From positions 1-42,531 of the forward strand of contig JAADVB010000167.1 of assembly GCA_023334545.1 (NCBI GenBank): a stretch of DNA of 42,531 bases, read 5' to 3'. This stretch comes from Salisapilia sapeloensis CBS 127946 (Eukaryota > Protista > Oomycota). Below, in pieces: positions 40,213 to 42,531 of the stretch (position 1 is its first letter; every line of letters begins with the position of its first letter). The notes beneath the pieces are model-generated. The model was not told where the DNA came from, searched no databases, and worked only from the letters and a program-made list of their open reading frames with translations. The translations under genes and the position numbers were made by a program.

Positions 40213-40926
40213 TTAGTTGCCCTTCTTGTTGGCGCGCTCGGCATCACGAGCAGCCTGGCTGGAAGCGCCCGTCGACTCGTTCTGGCCGGTCTTACCCTGA
40301 AGGGAGCGAACACCCTTGTCCCAGACCTGCGGCTGCTGGCGGCGCACTACAAGAGCGGCGATCATAACAAAGACAAGAGCCATGGCGCCCCATACACCGT
40401 AAGCCGGAGCGCACGAGTGGGCTCCCTTCTGACCAGCAGAAACGCAGTACTGGTTCGAGTCCTCGTCCTTGTAGGCGTTAACGTTCGGCATGTACTCGCC
40501 CGCCTTTTTGCTCCAGTCGCCCGTGCGAACCGAGTCACGGAGGTTTTCGAGCTGCGCTTGCTGCATCTCGAGCATACGCTGCATACGATCGTTGGTGTCC
40601 TGACCCACAGACTCAATCTGCTGACGCATCTGCTCCGAGAGCTGGTTAATGCGTTCACCCATTTCGTTCAACTCCTCCCTAGAGTACGATACACCGTGCT
40701 GTCCGTACTGGTGGGCAGCGTCCTTGACACCAGCCGCCTGGCGCTGGGCTTCGTTGGCGTAGTAGGTGGCTTGGTCCTGAGCAGTGTTACGGCCGGCCAT
40801 GTTCTTGACACGCTGCTTGGCATCTTCGTACACGCTTTCAGCAGCGCGCTGGTTCTCGGCAGCGTTGTGGCGAGCGTCTTCAGCCATGCGGCTGGACTTT
40901 TCGTTGGCGGTGTTGGCGAATCCCAT
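40213..40926 (-). CDS. LEA-like helical protein with C-terminal Cys pair and TM helix, paralogue A (237 aa)
   Basis: ATG 40926 (MGFANTANEK), strong codon bias, closely matching the gene at 41594-42313. Confidence 0.85.
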   Translation of the reverse strand: MGFANTANEKSSRMAEDARHNAAENQRAAESVYEDAKQRVKNMAGRNTAQDQATYYANEAQRQAAGVKDAAHQYGQHGVSYSREELNEMGERINQLSEQMRQQIESVGQDTNDRMQRMLEMQQAQLENLRDSVRTGDWSKKAGEYMPNVNAYKDEDSNQYCVSAGQKGAHSCAPAYGVWGAMALVFVMIAALVVRRQQPQVWDKGVRSLQGKTGQNESTGASSQAARDAERANKKGN

Positions 40927-40975
40927 TATGTTGTAGTGAGTGTGTAGTGAGTTGGTTGCTTGTGTGTTGGCAGTC

Positions 40976-40991
40976 AAATTCGGAAATGAGC
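40976..40991 (-). promoter_or_regulatory. Oomycete Inr+FPR core promoter of paralogue A
   Basis: The minus strand reads GCTCATTTCCGAATTT, one mismatch to GCTCATTYYNCAWTTT, 49 nt upstream of ATG 40926. Confidence 0.75.
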
Positions 40992-41545
40992 TTTTGAGGC
41001 GTTTTCAAGCCGAGTGCGTTCTGTCGGGATCGATGAGATTTTCCATTGCGACGTCGATATAATATCGTAGTAATTCTGATAATATGCGGAACTTGGTCGA
41101 ATTTAAATCTTTCACACAATTTCGACGCCACAGATGCTGCTCCCCTTGCTACATACACAGCAATAAGTACGTCATGTGCGAAACGCATATCTACCACTTG
41201 TCCAGCCATCTTGAAGTCTGAAACATGTCGAGTCTAATTTTTGAAGTTGCCGGCAACTTCAACTATCGATCTTCGTCTACGGTTACAAAAAATTAAATTT
41301 TCACCTCTTGTTTGTATTGGTCAATTTTACCGATTAGACTTACCGAAGGATGGAGAATGTAATACGTCGACTGTCCCAACTTCTATCCGAAGCTTTTAGC
41401 ACGTCGTAAAGCAGGAAGCGGCTCGAAGCGTAAATCAGGAAGACTGAAATACCAAGATAAATGCCTTATTTACGTGCAATCTGGTCGCAATTTGCACCGC
41501 ATTGTCTCGGAAACTAAAATTTACAAGTTGCTTTCCGCACTAAAA

Positions 41546-41561
41546 GCTCATTCCTGAATTT
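41546..41561 (+). promoter_or_regulatory. Oomycete Inr+FPR core promoter of paralogue B
   Basis: GCTCATTCCTGAATTT, one mismatch to GCTCATTYYNCAWTTT, 32 nt upstream of ATG 41594. Confidence 0.75.
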
Positions 41562-41593
41562 ACTTTCAACTACACAAGACAACTACCAACACT

Positions 41594-42313
41594 ATGGGCT
41601 ACGCTAGCAACATCAACGAACATGCTTCTCGTTTGAACGCAGATGCTCACCGCCAATGGGCTGACACCAAGCGAAGTGCCGAAGGCATGTACGAACGCGG
41701 TCAACAGAATATGAAGGACCGCATGGGCACCAACACGGTCGGCGACAAGGCTACCTACTACAGCCATGAAGCTCAGCGTCAGGCGGCTGGTGTCAAGGAT
41801 GCTGCCCAGCAGTACGGACAGCATGGTGTCTCGTACACTCGTGAAGAGATGAATGAGATGGGCGAACGCATTAACCAGCTCTCGGAGCAAATGCGCCAGC
41901 AGATTAACCAAGTCAACCAAGACACGATGGAGTCTGTTCGTCGTATGACTGAGGCGCAACAAGCGCAGCTTGAAAGCCTCCGTGAATCGGTCCGCACGGG
42001 CGACTGGAGCAAGAAGGCGGGCGAGTACGTGCCGAACGTTAGCGCTTACAAGGATGAGGACTCGAACCAGTACTGCATCTCTGCTGGTGAAAAGGGCCAG
42101 CATACCTGTGCGCCAACGTACAGTGTATGGGGTGGTATGACCTTGTTTGTTGTCGTTCTTGGTGCGCTCTTCCTCCGCCGTCAGCAGCCGCAAATGTTCA
42201 AGGACCAGCGCAAGCGTAACTTGGAGAAGAACGGACTGACGGAAGTCCAGCCATCGGAGCTTGCCCACGACGCTGCCAAGGAAGCCGAGCGCACTGGCCA
42301 CAAGTCGGTCTAA
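41594..42313 (+). CDS. LEA-like helical protein with C-terminal Cys pair and TM helix, paralogue B (239 aa)
   Basis: Shares EAQRQAAGVKDAA.QYGQHGVSY.REE.NEMGERINQLSEQMRQQI, SVRTGDWSKKAGEY.PNV.AYKDEDSNQYC.SAG.KG.H.CAP and RRQQPQ with paralogue A. Confidence 0.9.
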   Translation: MGYASNINEHASRLNADAHRQWADTKRSAEGMYERGQQNMKDRMGTNTVGDKATYYSHEAQRQAAGVKDAAQQYGQHGVSYTREEMNEMGERINQLSEQMRQQINQVNQDTMESVRRMTEAQQAQLESLRESVRTGDWSKKAGEYVPNVSAYKDEDSNQYCISAGEKGQHTCAPTYSVWGGMTLFVVVLGALFLRRQQPQMFKDQRKRNLEKNGLTEVQPSELAHDAAKEAERTGHKSV

Positions 42314-42362
42314 GGCCTTGAGCTTCACCATTTTTCTAACTTTAAATGCAGATTTTCTCTTC

Positions 42363-42530
42363 TTATGAAATTCGTGCACGTTTCGTATCGGACGTGTCTT
42401 CTTCCTTGACGGTGGTGTCTTGAGTTTCGGGTGCAGGAGGGTCGGTCGATGCTGCTGCCGTCGCCTGTGTCGAGTTGAGTTTCTCCAGGATCTCCGGCGC
42501 GTGCTTCTTGGTCAGCTGCACGAGGATCGA
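42363..42530 (-). CDS. 3' end of a gene running off the window (…SILVQLTKKHAPEILEKLNSTQ…EEDTSDTKRARIS)
   Basis: Open, GC-rich, codon-biased frame from the window edge to TAA at 42363-42365. Confidence 0.65.
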   Translation of the reverse strand, partial: SILVQLTKKHAPEILEKLNSTQATAAASTDPPAPETQDTTVKEEDTSDTKRARIS

Positions 42531-42531
42531 G

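Noticed and set aside
40417-42379. Long antisense ORFs 40417-40947 (+) and 41570-42379 (-) that resemble each other
   Set aside because: Shadows of the two codon-biased paralogues; their similarity simply mirrors the sense genes.

Overview
Gene-dense eukaryotic nuclear DNA, most consistent with an oomycete or related stramenopile. The evidence is about 27-30 genes in 42.5 kb, GT-AG introns of roughly 49-65 nt, oomycete-type Inr/FPR core promoters (GCTCATTYYNNAWTTT), a DAP-pathway lysine enzyme and a nucleus-encoded Cox1 C-terminal fragment. The ORF track uses GTG/TTG starts and ignores introns, so I re-spliced many genes by eye; all family calls are motif recognition from memory, not database hits. 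Recognisable housekeeping genes include NDUFS8, RPA43, TFIIIC subunit 6, TBCC, prolyl oligopeptidase, an RBBP5-like protein, eIF2-beta, MRPL24, a Sec14-like protein, DECR2, NUP54, HIS6, CSN8, an ER glutathione peroxidase, a DYRK kinase and MEP50. The most notable items are: (1) a PLP aminotransferase fused in frame to DapB; (2) a split-off Cox1-c gene head-to-head with a probable ATP synthase subunit i/j gene; (3) a GDP-fucose-synthase homologue lacking its catalytic Tyr and Cys; (4) a CAP-Gly-TBCC fusion; (5) an RRM-CCCH-CCCH-Bbox-Bbox-R3H protein; (6) a head-to-head pair of LEA-like membrane-anchored paralogues; (7) a decayed ~650-bp inverted repeat bracketing six identifiable genes plus a micro-ORF. 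I recognised no rRNA, tRNA, CRISPR array or intact transposon.
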